From the NCBI GenBank assembly GCA_041752695.1, contig JBGSVZ010000123.1:1-59595 (forward strand): DNA of 59,595 bases, read 5' to 3'. The position numbers and the translations under genes are program-made. The stretch's first letter is position 1. Each line of letters starts with the position of its first letter. Source of the stretch: Terrimicrobiaceae bacterium (GTDB taxonomy: Bacteria; Verrucomicrobiota; Verrucomicrobiia; Chthoniobacterales; Terrimicrobiaceae). Below are positions 9,963 to 19,575 of this stretch, piece after piece. The notes beneath the pieces were generated by a model. The model was given only the letters and a program-made list of their open reading frames with translations. It was not told the DNA's origin and made no database searches.

Positions 9963-9996
9963 TTGACACCCGGTAGTCCCCGATCGAACGTTTGAT
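9963..9996 (+). promoter_or_regulatory. -35 TTGACA (9963-9968) plus operator palindrome ATCGAACGTTTGAT (9983-9996)
   Basis: Near-perfect 14-bp palindrome with central CG upstream of the PEP-CTERM operon; one of nine related sites. Confidence 0.75.
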
Positions 9997-10052
9997 CACA
10001 GTTTCCCTCCATCCCCCTGTCCAGCTCTCCCTTCCCAAGAGTTAATTTTTGT

Positions 10053-12593
10053 ATGAACAAGCCATCCTCCCGCCATTTCGCCTTAATCCCCATCCTTTTG
10101 GGCTTTGTCTCCACGTCCACCCTGTCGCTGGGTGCCTCGGCCACGTGGACTGGCGCAGTGGATGGCAACTGGACGTCGGTGGGCAACTGGACCCCGTCCG
10201 TCCCGGGAGCACCAACGATTGCCTCGTCGAATAGTGACATCGCGACCTTCCTGAACGCTGCAAACACCACGGTGGCGGTAGATCCGACACGAGCCTTGGG
10301 GGCCATGCTTTTCAAGGCGGGGACCGGGGCGTTTACCTTCAACTCGGGGACCTTCTACTTGGCGTCTTCCGGCGGAACCGGCACCGCAGGTACGATCGTT
10401 TTGGAGAGCGGGGTCACCGCAAATCAGGTAATCAACACGTCGGTTCAGGCGCTGCGTACCTCTGCGGCGGGGGGATTCGGTTTCACGAACAACAGTGAGA
10501 GCGCGACTTTGACCATCAATGGGGCAGTGAGAGGAAGCATGGGGGCGGGATCCACCACGACGCAGTTAAATTTGGATGGAGCGGGGGATGGCGTTCTTGG
10601 AGGAGTCGTCTCGGATGGTTTGGGGGCACTTTCGGTGGTGAAGACGGGTCTGGGGACCTGGACATTCTCCAATGCCAACACGTACACGGGCACGACCACG
10701 CTGGCGGATGGCGGAATCACTCTGGATTTTTCCCAGGCCTCGTCACCGGCCAGTAACATCATCGCCAGCTCCAGTTTGCTCCTTATGGGGCGCGGCTCGC
10801 CTTCAGCCTTGGCGGGACCCCGCACGCTGACGATTGCCGGGAAAGTCGACACGGCAAACACGCAGACCTTCAACGGTTACGCCCTGAATGTGGGAGCCAA
10901 TCACCTTGATCTCTCCACGAGCGGAACGGGGAGCATGGCGGTGAGTCTCGGAGCGATGGCGATAACGGCCCGGGTGTCCGGCGTGACGTTTGACATCGCG
11001 ATGCCGGCGGGAACGAGCGCGACCACCACGACGGTCAATTCGGCTGCAGGCCTTCTCCCTCAGGCTTTCACTCTCAACGGGACCGATTTTGCGGCGAACA
11101 ACGGTTCGAACACCATCGTGGCATTCTCCGCCTACACGGCCAATACGGCGACAACCCTGGGAACCACCAATCAGGTCATTGATATGATCGGGGGGAACAC
11201 CACGCTGACGGGAACGGGCCAGACCAGCATCTCGGGAATGCGCTTTAACACGGCCTCGGCCACCACGCTTACCCTCGACCCTGCTCGCCTCGTCGCCGTG
11301 GGAAATTCGGGTTCGATTTTGGTCACCGAAAATGTCGGTGCGAATCTCACTCGTATAACAGGGGGTCTGTTGGCGGGCATTTCTTCGCGCGATCTGGTGA
11401 TCCTGCAAAACAACACCCAGGGGGATCTGCAGATTGATTCTGTGATCACCAGCTCAAACAACAACGGCCTTGGTTTGACGAAAAGCGGCGACGGCAAGGT
11501 CATCTTGACGGGCCGAAATACGTTAGGCGGTTCGGCAAACTACATCCATGAGGGCACGGTGGTGGTCACGGCAGATGCGACGACGGGCAATACCCAGTCC
11601 CTCACCACTACGGCCAGTAGCACCATCAGCGGGGTGGACACGACCGGGCTTTTTGTCGGCCAGCGAGTGACCGGGACAAATATTCCCGGGGTGAGTCAGG
11701 GGTTGTATATTGTTGCGATTAACGCAGGAGCGGGAACCGTCACCCTGAACGGAGTCGCGTCCGCTGGGACGGGCAATGTGATTTTTGGCAATTCCGGCGG
11801 CCTGGGAACACTCACTGGCGCCACGGCCGTGCAGATCGGGGTGGGTGCTTCCCTGGAGATTGGCAATGGCGGGACAACCGGGGGACTGGTGGACGGACAG
11901 GGCATCGTGAACAATGGCACGGTGGGGTTGAATCGGAGCAACGCCTTCACTTTTTCCAATACCATGTCGGGAGCCGGTGGTCTGACCCAGATGGGATCGG
12001 GAACCTCGACTGTCACCGCAGTTCATTCCTACACCGGAAATACCGTGGTGAATGCCGGTACGCTCCTGGTCAATGGTTCCGCCGTGTCCAGCGCGGCGGT
12101 GGTGAATACGGGGGGAACACTCGGAGGATCTGGAACGGTCGGTTCCCTCACGCTGAATGCCGGAGGCGCACTCTCGCCTGGAAACGGCCTGGGCATGCTT
12201 TCCACCAATAACGGGAGTCTGGTCTGGAATGGGCAGGTAACTCCGGGCTTCGGGCAAATGAAGTTTGACCTTAGCACGGTCAGTAACACTTCGGACGTCC
12301 TCAATCTTGGCACGGGAATGTTTGATCAAGGCACTGGCGGCTTCTTCGTCTTCGATTTTCAAAATAGCGGAGGCGATGGATTTACCTACACCCTGGTGAA
12401 TTTCGGCAGCACGGACTTCACGGTGGATGATTTCGACTACACCAACCTGGGCTCCGGTCTTTCCGGCGACTTTGTGCTCAACAGCGGGAACCTCCAATTT
12501 GTGGTCAGCGTTATTCCCGAACCTTCCACCGTCTTGCTGCTGGCGGGCGGTGTGGGGGCTTTGTTCGGATTTCGCCGCCGGGCGCGGGCCTGA
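10053..12593 (+). CDS. PEP-CTERM sorting-domain protein with autotransporter-associated beta-strand repeats
   Basis: Signal peptide; repeats 'KTGLGTWTFSNANTYTGTTTL', 'KSGDGKVILTGRNT', 'QMGSGTSTVTAVHSYTGNTVVNAGTL'; C-terminus 'IPEPSTVLLLAGGVGALFGFRRRARA'. Confidence 0.92.
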   Translation: MNKPSSRHFALIPILLGFVSTSTLSLGASATWTGAVDGNWTSVGNWTPSVPGAPTIASSNSDIATFLNAANTTVAVDPTRALGAMLFKAGTGAFTFNSGTFYLASSGGTGTAGTIVLESGVTANQVINTSVQALRTSAAGGFGFTNNSESATLTINGAVRGSMGAGSTTTQLNLDGAGDGVLGGVVSDGLGALSVVKTGLGTWTFSNANTYTGTTTLADGGITLDFSQASSPASNIIASSSLLLMGRGSPSALAGPRTLTIAGKVDTANTQTFNGYALNVGANHLDLSTSGTGSMAVSLGAMAITARVSGVTFDIAMPAGTSATTTTVNSAAGLLPQAFTLNGTDFAANNGSNTIVAFSAYTANTATTLGTTNQVIDMIGGNTTLTGTGQTSISGMRFNTASATTLTLDPARLVAVGNSGSILVTENVGANLTRITGGLLAGISSRDLVILQNNTQGDLQIDSVITSSNNNGLGLTKSGDGKVILTGRNTLGGSANYIHEGTVVVTADATTGNTQSLTTTASSTISGVDTTGLFVGQRVTGTNIPGVSQGLYIVAINAGAGTVTLNGVASAGTGNVIFGNSGGLGTLTGATAVQIGVGASLEIGNGGTTGGLVDGQGIVNNGTVGLNRSNAFTFSNTMSGAGGLTQMGSGTSTVTAVHSYTGNTVVNAGTLLVNGSAVSSAAVVNTGGTLGGSGTVGSLTLNAGGALSPGNGLGMLSTNNGSLVWNGQVTPGFGQMKFDLSTVSNTSDVLNLGTGMFDQGTGGFFVFDFQNSGGDGFTYTLVNFGSTDFTVDDFDYTNLGSGLSGDFVLNSGNLQFVVSVIPEPSTVLLLAGGVGALFGFRRRARA

Positions 12594-12602
12594 CCGGGGG
12601 GT

Positions 12603-13181
12603 ATGACGTCCCGAAGTTGGTTGCTGGTCACGCTGTTATTCCTCCTGGTCGCCGGAAAAGGCAGGGCGCAGGAGGCCGGGACGGATTTCGAGAGCCTCTC
12701 GCCCGAGCTGCCGGGTTGGAGCGCGACGCTCAAGGGGGAAGACGGACAAAGTGCATATCGACCGGCGCAAAAGTGGGATGTGCCTTTTTCTTTGAATCTC
12801 GACTCCGAGAAGCCGAACAGCGGAGGGGTGAGTTTGCGGTGGGACTTCTCGGCGGAAGTTCCCGGGATGGCATCCTTGCGCGTGCCCTTTCAGCCGGTGC
12901 CCGGTCCGGATGTGACGATACGGTTTTTTGTCCGGACGGAAGGCGTGGGCAAAGATGGGCTGTTTTCCTTCGAAGAATCCGAAACCGATGGCCGGCGCAT
13001 CAAGACGCATTGGGCGGTGGCGGCGATTCCGCAGAGTGATGGATGGACCGAGGTTCGGTGGACCGGCACGCTTGGTGCCGCGACCCCCGGCGTGCGGATG
13101 TCTTTGGTGTACACGGCGATTCCCGCAGGGGCGAAGATCTGGATTGACGACCTGAGTGTCACTCCGTCAAAGCCTGACTAA
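12603..13181 (+). CDS. Secreted stand-alone carbohydrate-binding (CBM4/9-like jelly-roll) protein
   Basis: Signal peptide; 'DFE..', 'GGVSLRW', 'FVRTEGV', 'GWTEV', 'IWIDDLSV' pattern of galactose-binding-like folds. Confidence 0.6.
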   Translation: MTSRSWLLVTLLFLLVAGKGRAQEAGTDFESLSPELPGWSATLKGEDGQSAYRPAQKWDVPFSLNLDSEKPNSGGVSLRWDFSAEVPGMASLRVPFQPVPGPDVTIRFFVRTEGVGKDGLFSFEESETDGRRIKTHWAVAAIPQSDGWTEVRWTGTLGAATPGVRMSLVYTAIPAGAKIWIDDLSVTPSKPD

Positions 13182-13196
13182 TAGCCCCTTAGTTTT

Positions 13197-14648
13197 ATGA
13201 AAGTTTCCCTTTGTCTTTTCTCGGGTCTTCTTTCGCTTTCCTGCCCGGAGATGTGGGCGAATTCCCCGAGGCGCGAGATCTCCCAGCACGGCATCACCTG
13301 GACCTTTGACCGCGAGTATCCCTCCGGCCAATTTGTCACCGGTGACTGGTGGGTGGTCGGACCGGTGAAAGTTCTCAGCGTCAGCCCCGTGGCGGGTCCG
13401 GTTGAGGCGTCCGGTCAAACCGCGGTGAAGAGTATCTACGGCGCGGTGGCGATGCAGGACGACAGCCGCATGCGCAATGGCTCGATGATCGTGCTCAAAC
13501 CGGGGCCGACCCAGGGCTACGATTCGCGGCTGAAGAATTTTGACCCCAAGTTGTCGGTGGCGTTTCCGCTGACCCTGGAGGCAAACCGTTCGCTGATCTC
13601 GACCATCAGCAATGAAACGCTCCCCGTGCCGGTCCTGCATGAGGCGTTGATGTGGAAAAATGAAAAGCAGGGTGCGCTGGCTTTGAAGTCGGCGGCGGTC
13701 CTGACTTGTCTGGGTGAGCCTCCTCGCTCGGACGCCTTTCGCCCTCCGTATGTGGGAACAGAAAAACCAATCTTTGAAACGAAAAACCTCCGCTGGGATC
13801 TCTTGCCCAAACTTGCCCCGGTCGGTCCGGTCCCGTCGTGGGCGCAATTCGAGCGTTATTTCGAGCGGCCGTGGCTGGATCACCAGGAAAGCTGGCTGTT
13901 GCAGCATACGGGTCCCAGTGAGAATCAGGTGAATTATGGCAGAGAGTTCTCGCGCCTTTCCTCCCTGGCGAGTCTCATGCTCATGCTGGACGTGCCCCAG
14001 GCGCAGAAGGAGAAACTGATGGTGGGCCTGATTCAGTGGGGCATTGATCTGCACGGCCTCGCGGCTGCGGGAAGAAAATGGTCGGCGGATGGCGGGCATT
14101 GGAACGGCCGCAAATGGCCGATCTTGTTTGCCGGAATGATGCTGGATGATCCGCGTCTGAAATCGCTGCCGGAGACCGTGCTTTTTTCGGAAGATCAGCA
14201 GACCTATTATGGAAAGGGTGCCGCCGGCCAGAACGCCCTCTATCAGATTGTCTGGCACACGGGCGCCAAGTCGCCGCACGAAGAAAAGCCGGCCGATCAG
14301 TGGGATGCGGGCGACGAACGGGCGGAAGGGTATCGGATGGTGGTCTCGGGCGGCCTGCCGGGAACGGCCCTCGCGGTGCAATTGATGAAAGCAAAAGCCC
14401 TTTGGAACCATGACGCCTTTTTTGACTATTATGATCGCTGGATGGCTGCGACCGATGACTATGCTGCCCGGCGCGGAACCAATCCCCGACCCCAGCAGGA
14501 GGGCAAGGCGCTGGACCCTTTCGTCGATGCCATGTGGGCAGCGTATCGCGGGAAGGCGCCTACTCAGGAGGGCGGTTTAACCGGGAAAAAGTGGATCTGG
14601 GAAAATGGCCGCGGATCGTTTGTGGCGAACCCTAAGCAAAATCCCTGA
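13197..14648 (+). CDS. Secreted protein of unknown family (paralogue of 49862-51283)
   Basis: Signal peptide; 'QHGITWTFD', 'GDWWVVGPV', 'QGYD', 'RPWLDH', 'PSENQVNYGRE', 'GGHWNGRKWP', 'WNHDAFFDYYDRW', all with close counterparts in the second copy. Confidence 0.85.
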   Translation: MKVSLCLFSGLLSLSCPEMWANSPRREISQHGITWTFDREYPSGQFVTGDWWVVGPVKVLSVSPVAGPVEASGQTAVKSIYGAVAMQDDSRMRNGSMIVLKPGPTQGYDSRLKNFDPKLSVAFPLTLEANRSLISTISNETLPVPVLHEALMWKNEKQGALALKSAAVLTCLGEPPRSDAFRPPYVGTEKPIFETKNLRWDLLPKLAPVGPVPSWAQFERYFERPWLDHQESWLLQHTGPSENQVNYGREFSRLSSLASLMLMLDVPQAQKEKLMVGLIQWGIDLHGLAAAGRKWSADGGHWNGRKWPILFAGMMLDDPRLKSLPETVLFSEDQQTYYGKGAAGQNALYQIVWHTGAKSPHEEKPADQWDAGDERAEGYRMVVSGGLPGTALAVQLMKAKALWNHDAFFDYYDRWMAATDDYAARRGTNPRPQQEGKALDPFVDAMWAAYRGKAPTQEGGLTGKKWIWENGRGSFVANPKQNP

Positions 14649-14664
14649 GCCATTTTTCGAACTT

Positions 14665-16002
14665 ATGCAACGCCTTCTTTCCTTGGTAATGTGTCTCATT
14701 CCGCTTGGCACGCTTCCGGCCCAGCAGGGCCCCGGTGCCCCGCTATCCGCGTGGGACGAGATTGCCGCCCAGGCGGAAAAAGATCCCCCCACCGGCTATT
14801 CGCATGCCAAGGCGGCATTAGCCAACCGGCCTAAGTGGCAGGCGTATTATGCAAAATTCGCCGGCTGGAAGGCGACTCCGCCGGTGGCGGCGGAAGGCCG
14901 GCTGCGCGGCCTGACAGGGACGCCCCGGGAACCGCGCTTCGCGCTCACCCCGAAGGTCTGGCCGGGAAAGCCGGGCGAGGCTTCGGTCTGCCTTTGGGAA
15001 GACGACAAGGTGGCGGCTGCGAGTTTTAGCATTGATGATAACAACGCCTCCGACGTGGCTTCGTGGGAGCAAATTTCCGCCAAATATGGCGGCCTCATTA
15101 TCACGTGGTTTCTCATCACTTCGAACATCGGTGGCACGCTGGATCCGGGTCGGATTTCGTCCGCCGGAAAATGGGAGATGTGGCAGCGTCTCAGGGATGC
15201 CGGGTATGAGATCGGCTCGCATAGCGTCACGCATGTGGGCAACCCGGTGATTGAAGATGGGTGGCCCGGTCCCGACTGGGAGTGCGAGGTCTCCCAACAA
15301 CAGCTCGATGCCGGATTGACGGGTCAGAAGACAAAAATTTTCGCCCGGCCCGGGTCGGCTACCAAAGCCTTCAACATGTCGGCGACCTGGCGTCCCAGCA
15401 TCGAGAAATATTATGCCGCGGCGCGGGGAGGCAGCGGGGTCCCAATCAATCAGGCCAACATGATTGACTATTACGACATCCGGACGACGGCAAATCCCCT
15501 GGCCATGGTGAGTGAGGAACCACAGAAGGACGGATGGCATCTCGGGGATATCCTGAAGCCGGAGAGCAAATATTATCGGGGCTGGGCGACGGTGTTTATC
15601 CACAACATCAATGGCGGGCCCGATCTCGAAAACAATCCCAATCCGGTGACGGCGGCCTTTGCCAAGGTCTTTGATTTCTACCACAAAAACCGCGAGGACG
15701 TCTGGATCGGCCGCCTGGGCGACGTCGCTCTTTACGGGCAGGAACGCGATACAGCGAGGCTTACTACGGAGAAGTCCTCGGACGGAGAAATTGTTCTTGG
15801 GCTTACCAGCAAAATGGACCCGGCAATTTTTGACTATCCTCTTACTCTCAAAGTGCGGCTGCCGGAGGCGTGGAAGGGGTTGAAAGCCGCGCAGGGCGGG
15901 AGGGCGCTTGCGGTCTCGCAACTGAGTCACGAAGGCGGAAACTACGCTTTGGTGAAAGCGGTGCCTGATGCCGGGGAGATCCGGCTCACGCCCGAATCCT
16001 GA
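14665..16002 (+). CDS. Secreted CE4/NodB-like polysaccharide deacetylase, paralogue 1
   Basis: 'FSIDDN', 'TWFLIT', 'GSHSVTH', 'ARPGS', 'YRGW..FIHN' and C-terminal 'YGQERDTA...FDYPLTLKVRLP...HEG..YALV.AVPD'. Confidence 0.8.
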   Translation: MQRLLSLVMCLIPLGTLPAQQGPGAPLSAWDEIAAQAEKDPPTGYSHAKAALANRPKWQAYYAKFAGWKATPPVAAEGRLRGLTGTPREPRFALTPKVWPGKPGEASVCLWEDDKVAAASFSIDDNNASDVASWEQISAKYGGLIITWFLITSNIGGTLDPGRISSAGKWEMWQRLRDAGYEIGSHSVTHVGNPVIEDGWPGPDWECEVSQQQLDAGLTGQKTKIFARPGSATKAFNMSATWRPSIEKYYAAARGGSGVPINQANMIDYYDIRTTANPLAMVSEEPQKDGWHLGDILKPESKYYRGWATVFIHNINGGPDLENNPNPVTAAFAKVFDFYHKNREDVWIGRLGDVALYGQERDTARLTTEKSSDGEIVLGLTSKMDPAIFDYPLTLKVRLPEAWKGLKAAQGGRALAVSQLSHEGGNYALVKAVPDAGEIRLTPES

Positions 16003-16066
16003 CTGGGCCTGTGGGAGAATTCTTTTTGACCTTGTCGGCTGTGGCTGGTCAACTTGGTGAAATCGG

Positions 16067-17110
16067 ATGGCGTCTCTTAAGCGAATTGCGGCAGATCTAA
16101 ACGTTTCCTACACCTTGGTGTCCAAGGTTCTGAGCGGCCGCCTGGGCACCACGGGCGTCAGTCCCCAGACCCGCGATGCCATTCTGAAGAAAGCGAAGGA
16201 ATTGGATTACATTCCCAACCGGCTGGCGGTGGCGCTGAAAGCCGGCCGCAAGGGGGCGGTGGGGATCTTTTTTCACCACTTGGGCAGTCCGGGAAGTGAT
16301 GTGAGTGATCGTCTATTGAAGGGGTTGGCGGAAGGCCTGGATCAGAGCGGTCTGCGCATGTGGCTGCGTTTTTTCACCACCGACCAGGGGTTTCTGGCGG
16401 CCTGTGATTCTCGGCTGAAAAACGAGGTGGATGGCTTGATCATGGCGGGCGTTTATCACCCCGGATTGAAAGACAAGCTGCGGGATTTGGAGCGTCAGCG
16501 GGTCCCAGTGGTGTCGTTGTTCAACGACGATCCGTCGCCCCCGGCGCTGGTCGGGCCGACCAGTGTGAGGGTCGACTATACGGCGCACGGGTATCTTTCG
16601 ACGACCCATCTCCTCCGGCAGGGATGTCGGAAGTTGGCCTGTTTTTGCACGGTCCAGAGTCGGACGAACGGATTTCTCAAGGCCCATCGCGAGGCTCGAG
16701 TCAAACACGATCCCCGCCTGTTGATCCCCACGAAGGGCTTTTTCCTGGAAGACGGCAAGGAGAGCCTCCTCAAGCTTCTGAAGTCCAAGGTGCCCTTCGA
16801 CGGCATCGTCTGTCAGTCCGACGCGCAGGCCAGCGGCACCATCAACGAGCTGATCTTGCGCGGAATCAAGGTGCCCGAAACCTTCAAGATCACCGGGGTG
16901 GATAATTCTCCGCTGGCGGAGGATTGCATTGTTCCCATCACCTCGGTGACGTCGGAAATGCGGCGGGCCGGTTTAAAGGCGGTCGAATTGCTCCTTCAGA
17001 AAATCGAGGGCAAGAAGGTCAAACCCCTGACGATTGAGCCGTCGCTGTATGTCCGCAATTCCTCGGGTCTGGTCCAGTCAAAGTATATCGACCGCCGCGA
17101 CCTGGAATGA
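16067..17110 (+). CDS. LacI family transcriptional regulator
   Basis: HTH 'SLKRIAADLNVSYTLVSKVLSG', 'AKELDYIPNRLAVALK' hinge, periplasmic-binding-like core 'VDGLI', 'IKVPE..KITGVDN', 'PITSV'. Confidence 0.93.
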   Translation: MASLKRIAADLNVSYTLVSKVLSGRLGTTGVSPQTRDAILKKAKELDYIPNRLAVALKAGRKGAVGIFFHHLGSPGSDVSDRLLKGLAEGLDQSGLRMWLRFFTTDQGFLAACDSRLKNEVDGLIMAGVYHPGLKDKLRDLERQRVPVVSLFNDDPSPPALVGPTSVRVDYTAHGYLSTTHLLRQGCRKLACFCTVQSRTNGFLKAHREARVKHDPRLLIPTKGFFLEDGKESLLKLLKSKVPFDGIVCQSDAQASGTINELILRGIKVPETFKITGVDNSPLAEDCIVPITSVTSEMRRAGLKAVELLLQKIEGKKVKPLTIEPSLYVRNSSGLVQSKYIDRRDLE

Positions 17111-19567
17111 CCGCGAGTGCGGTCCGGTGAGGATTTCATAGCGCCCCGTGTGGACGCGCCAATCGCGGGCGGCGAGGTCAAAGGATTCGAATTCCTGGCG
17201 GCCCAGGGAGAAGACGACCGACCTTTCCTCGCCGGGTTCAAGGGCAATTTTTTGAAAAGCACGCAGTTCCTTCTCGGGCCGGAGCACGGGCGAATCGATG
17301 GGGCGAACGTAAACTTGCACCACGGTCTGGCCGGAACGGGAGCCGGTGTTTTGCACCCGCACCGAGACCTTGAGTTCTTCATTGGCGGTGATGGTGGAGG
17401 CGGAGACGAGCGGGGCGGCAAAGGAAAATTCGGTGTAGCTAAGCCCAAAACCAAAGGGGAAGTGCGGAGCGATTCCGGCATGATCAAAATGGCGGTACCC
17501 GATAAAGGGACCCTCTTCATATCGGACGGACACGCCGTCTCCAGGGTAATTCCGCAGGGCCGCGTGATCTTCCAACCGGTGCGGAATGGTATCCGGCAGA
17601 TGGCCCGAAGGATTGGCCAGACCGAAAAGGATGCGGGCCAGGGCGCGGCCTCCTTCCTGGCCGGGATACCAGGATTGCAGGATGGCGGGAACGGAGGGTT
17701 CCCAGGGCAGCCCGAGCACCCCGCCGCTATTGAGGGCAACAATGGTGCGGGGGTTCACGCTGGCGATCCGCTCGATCAGTTCACGCTGCGCCTCGGGGAT
17801 ATTGATGCCTGTGCGGTCGTGAGCTCCGCCTTCAAAAAGATTGGAGAGCCCGGCGCAAATCACCACCGCATCAGCCTCCGCGGCTTCCTTCATTACGCGG
17901 TCGAGTTGATTTTGTCCCCCGGGGATTTCCCATTCGAGACGCACACCGGCGCGCGCCGCTCGCTTGCCGTAGGTGAGCTCGATGCTGGCGGGTTCGCCGG
18001 CCTTGAGATCACATTCCGTGGTGATGTACCGGGTTTGATATTTTTCTTCGAAGTTTCCGTTGGCGGCATCGTCCCACGCGGCGATCAAGACCTCGCCATT
18101 GACGGAAAGCCCCACGCAGCCTTCCTGGGCGTACACTCCCATGCGGTAGCGTCCGGAGACCGGAGGCAGCAACTCTCCGCGGAAACGAACCGAATAGGTG
18201 GTCCGCATCACGCCGGGGCCCGGGGATGCCCATCCCCACGAAAAATCCACCCGGGGGACCCGCCAGCTTGCATCGGGCACGTCTCCGGGATTCGGGGAAT
18301 TGAAGAACTCGGCGAGCAGGCCGGACGCAGGGTTTCCATCCGGTCTCTCATGGCGGAAGTGATCGGTGATCGTTTCCATCGTCCCGACCAGACTGCAGCC
18401 CTCGAGAAACCGAACCTCCACGTTGTTTCCGCAGATTTCGCGGATGCCATCCAGGGGGCTGATGGAGTAAAAAGGAGTCACAGAAGCACTGCCGCCCCCG
18501 CCCAGCCGGGCCTCGGACGCATTCGGGCCGGTGACCAGGATCCGCCGCAATTTCCGGAGGTCGAGCGGGAGGGCCCCGTCCTGATTTTTCAGCAGCACAA
18601 TGCATTCCTCCGCAACCTGCAGGGCGGCCGCGCGGTGCTCCGGCGTATCAAGTTCTCCGCCGGCGGTCTCGGATTCGTCCGCCCCATAGCGCAGGATCGC
18701 GCCAAGGATTCGGCCCGCTTTGTCATCGAGTTCGTCCTCGCTGAGCAATCCCTCGTCGAGCGCCCGCAAGACCGCGCGGCGATTGAGGAGTTTGCCGGGT
18801 CCGGGCATCTCCAGGTCGAGTCCGGAACTGTAAACGGACTGGTCATGCACCGCCCGCCAGTCCGACACAACGAAGCCGGAAAACCTCCAGTCGTTCTTGA
18901 TGACTTGCTGGATCAACCAGGCGGACTCGGAACAGTAGACGCCGTTCAGCCGGTTGTAGGCCGTCATGATTGAACACGGTTGCCCTTTTTCCACCGCCAG
19001 TTGAAAGGCCCGCAAATAGACCTCCCGCAAGGTCCGCTCGTCCACATCAGAGCTGACCTTTTCCTGGTCACACTGCTGGTTGTTCGCCGCCATGGCCTTC
19101 AAGCAGGCTCCCACGCCCTCCTCTTGAATGCCGCGGATAACAGCGGCGCCCAGCAGGCCGGCCAACCAGGGATCTTCGGAGAAGGTTTCAAAACTCCGGC
19201 CGTTGAGCGGATGACGATGCAGGTTGATCTTTGGTCCGAGCAAGATGGAACAGCCCAGCGCGCGGGTTTCCCGCCCGATGACGCGACCGGCCCGTTCCAG
19301 CAAGTCGATATTCCAGGTGGAGGCCATGCCGACTCCCGTGGGAAAACAGGTCGCCGGACTGGACTCCGAACCGCAGAGCGTGACCCCGTGGCCGCAGTCC
19401 GTCACTCGCACGGAAGGCAGACCCAAGCGCGGAACCCCGTGAAAATGCCAATCGTCCACCCCGGCGAGCAGAGACGCTTTTTCCTCGCGGGTCATTTGTG
19501 CAAGCAAGGCTGGTGCCGTGCGGGAAGGCGGCGCGGATGAGGCCTCGGGCAAGGGGGCGATGGACAT
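17078..19567 (-). CDS. GH3 beta-glucosidase/xylosidase with PA14 insert and Fn3-like domain
   Basis: 'MTREEK', 'GRSFETFSEDP', 'ERTLREVYL', nucleophile 'VVSDW', 'GGGSA', PA14-like insert, 'FPFGFGLSYT', 'PEKELRAFQK'. No signal peptide; overlaps the LacI 3' end by 33 bp. Confidence 0.93.
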   Translation of the reverse strand: MSIAPLPEASSAPPSRTAPALLAQMTREEKASLLAGVDDWHFHGVPRLGLPSVRVTDCGHGVTLCGSESSPATCFPTGVGMASTWNIDLLERAGRVIGRETRALGCSILLGPKINLHRHPLNGRSFETFSEDPWLAGLLGAAVIRGIQEEGVGACLKAMAANNQQCDQEKVSSDVDERTLREVYLRAFQLAVEKGQPCSIMTAYNRLNGVYCSESAWLIQQVIKNDWRFSGFVVSDWRAVHDQSVYSSGLDLEMPGPGKLLNRRAVLRALDEGLLSEDELDDKAGRILGAILRYGADESETAGGELDTPEHRAAALQVAEECIVLLKNQDGALPLDLRKLRRILVTGPNASEARLGGGGSASVTPFYSISPLDGIREICGNNVEVRFLEGCSLVGTMETITDHFRHERPDGNPASGLLAEFFNSPNPGDVPDASWRVPRVDFSWGWASPGPGVMRTTYSVRFRGELLPPVSGRYRMGVYAQEGCVGLSVNGEVLIAAWDDAANGNFEEKYQTRYITTECDLKAGEPASIELTYGKRAARAGVRLEWEIPGGQNQLDRVMKEAAEADAVVICAGLSNLFEGGAHDRTGINIPEAQRELIERIASVNPRTIVALNSGGVLGLPWEPSVPAILQSWYPGQEGGRALARILFGLANPSGHLPDTIPHRLEDHAALRNYPGDGVSVRYEEGPFIGYRHFDHAGIAPHFPFGFGLSYTEFSFAAPLVSASTITANEELKVSVRVQNTGSRSGQTVVQVYVRPIDSPVLRPEKELRAFQKIALEPGEERSVVFSLGRQEFESFDLAARDWRVHTGRYEILTGPHSRSFQVAAVDIL

Positions 19568-19575
19568 GGGGAATT

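Noticed and set aside
16048..16061. Possible autoregulatory operator GTCAACTTGGTGAA before the LacI gene
   Set aside because: Only about half of the positions match the consensus.
17078..17110. 33-bp convergent overlap of LacI and GH3 as an antisense control device
   Set aside because: Short tail-to-tail overlaps are common and nothing else supports a function.
17117..18973. 618-aa plus-strand ORF and similar long antisense ORFs (2415-3704, 32531-34264, 34854-36383, 52000-53478)
   Set aside because: Each lies opposite a gene with clear family motifs or operon coupling and has no protein-like features.
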